Below, piece by piece: positions 63,494 through 64,000 of a stretch of 64,000 nucleotides of DNA; positions within the stretch are counted from its first letter, which is position 1, and each line of letters opens with the position of its first letter. The stretch spans positions 672,001-736,000 of the forward strand of contig OZ245040.1 of NCBI GenBank assembly GCA_965224195.1, given 5' to 3'. The stretch comes from Nitrosopumilus sp. GTDB lineage: Archaea; Thermoproteota; Nitrososphaeria; Nitrososphaerales; Nitrosopumilaceae. Below the pieces are notes generated by a model. That model had not been told where the DNA came from. It saw only the letters and a program-made list of their open reading frames with translations, and searched no databases. Made by a program: the position numbers and the translations under genes.

Positions 63494-64000
63494 TGCCAGG
63501 CAAGCAAGTCCAAGATAGTTCTCGCAGCTCCTTTCATATCTTATTACTTTTTCTAAATCCACACTTGAGCCATGCAAAGAATCTCTCCACTACAAACCTG
63601 GTCCTGCTGTAATTGCTTTGCATGTTTTTTGGCACAACAAGCTTGGAATTATTCCTGTATGGAATGCAGCCAGCCACCCCATTCCGTTGCATCTCAGATA
63701 GTCTCTGATGCATCTTGCATCATGGCCCTTCTCTGCATGGACTGAAACAGTCCCTTCTGCCATCTCATCATCATCATCATCCAAAAACTCTGAAATGTTT
63801 TGCATGACATCAATGAATTTTGCACTGTCATGAATATTTGCAGGACTCATTACAATTGATATTGGCAATCCGTTTTGCTCTGCTGCAACATGTATCTTTG
63901 TGCCTAGAATCTTCTTGAATCCGTCATATCCAGTTACGTCGCCCCCCTTTTTTTATTGTGGATTGTTGATGAGTCAGCTGATATTTTCTGCATGTTAATC
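63456..64000 (-). mobile_element. Degraded IS5-family (IS427/IS1031-like) transposase, continues beyond window
   Basis: GYDGFKKILGTKIHV...GLPISIVMSPANIHDS, AEKGHD, RFVVERFFAWLK, NYLG with frameshifts and stops. Confidence 0.82.

Overview
64 kb of an AT-rich ammonia-oxidising archaeon (Nitrosopumilaceae/Thaumarchaeota; type IB topoisomerase, two proteasome alpha genes, archaeal ribosomal-protein cluster, BHB-intron tRNA-Met). It shows signs of genome decay (four IS5-family remnants, many frameshifted or truncated genes) and carries host-interaction-type genes (NHL + ricin-B lectin, FN3/HYR), which suggests an animal/sponge-associated lineage (inference). An accessory region of about 25 kb next to tRNA-Asn holds a metazoan-like carotenoid cleavage oxygenase, a UvrD-PD-(D/E)XK helicase-nuclease and a complete type I-G (I-U) CRISPR-Cas system (csb1, csb2, cas3, cas8g-like, an extra stand-alone Cas6-like gene, cas4-cas1, cas2) with about 90 spacers. 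Two observations stand out. (1) Three sites far from the array (10.1, 18.2 and 31.8 kb) each show a 35-38 bp duplication of local chromosomal sequence around a 35-39 bp unique insert, with period 73-76 bp, which is the geometry of the CRISPR array. These look like off-target Cas1-Cas2 spacer integrations, and two of them interrupt genes. (2) One spacer is itself a full-length, inverted, foreign CRISPR repeat of the same family with compensatory stem changes. All calls come from reading the sequence and ORF track; no searches were run.
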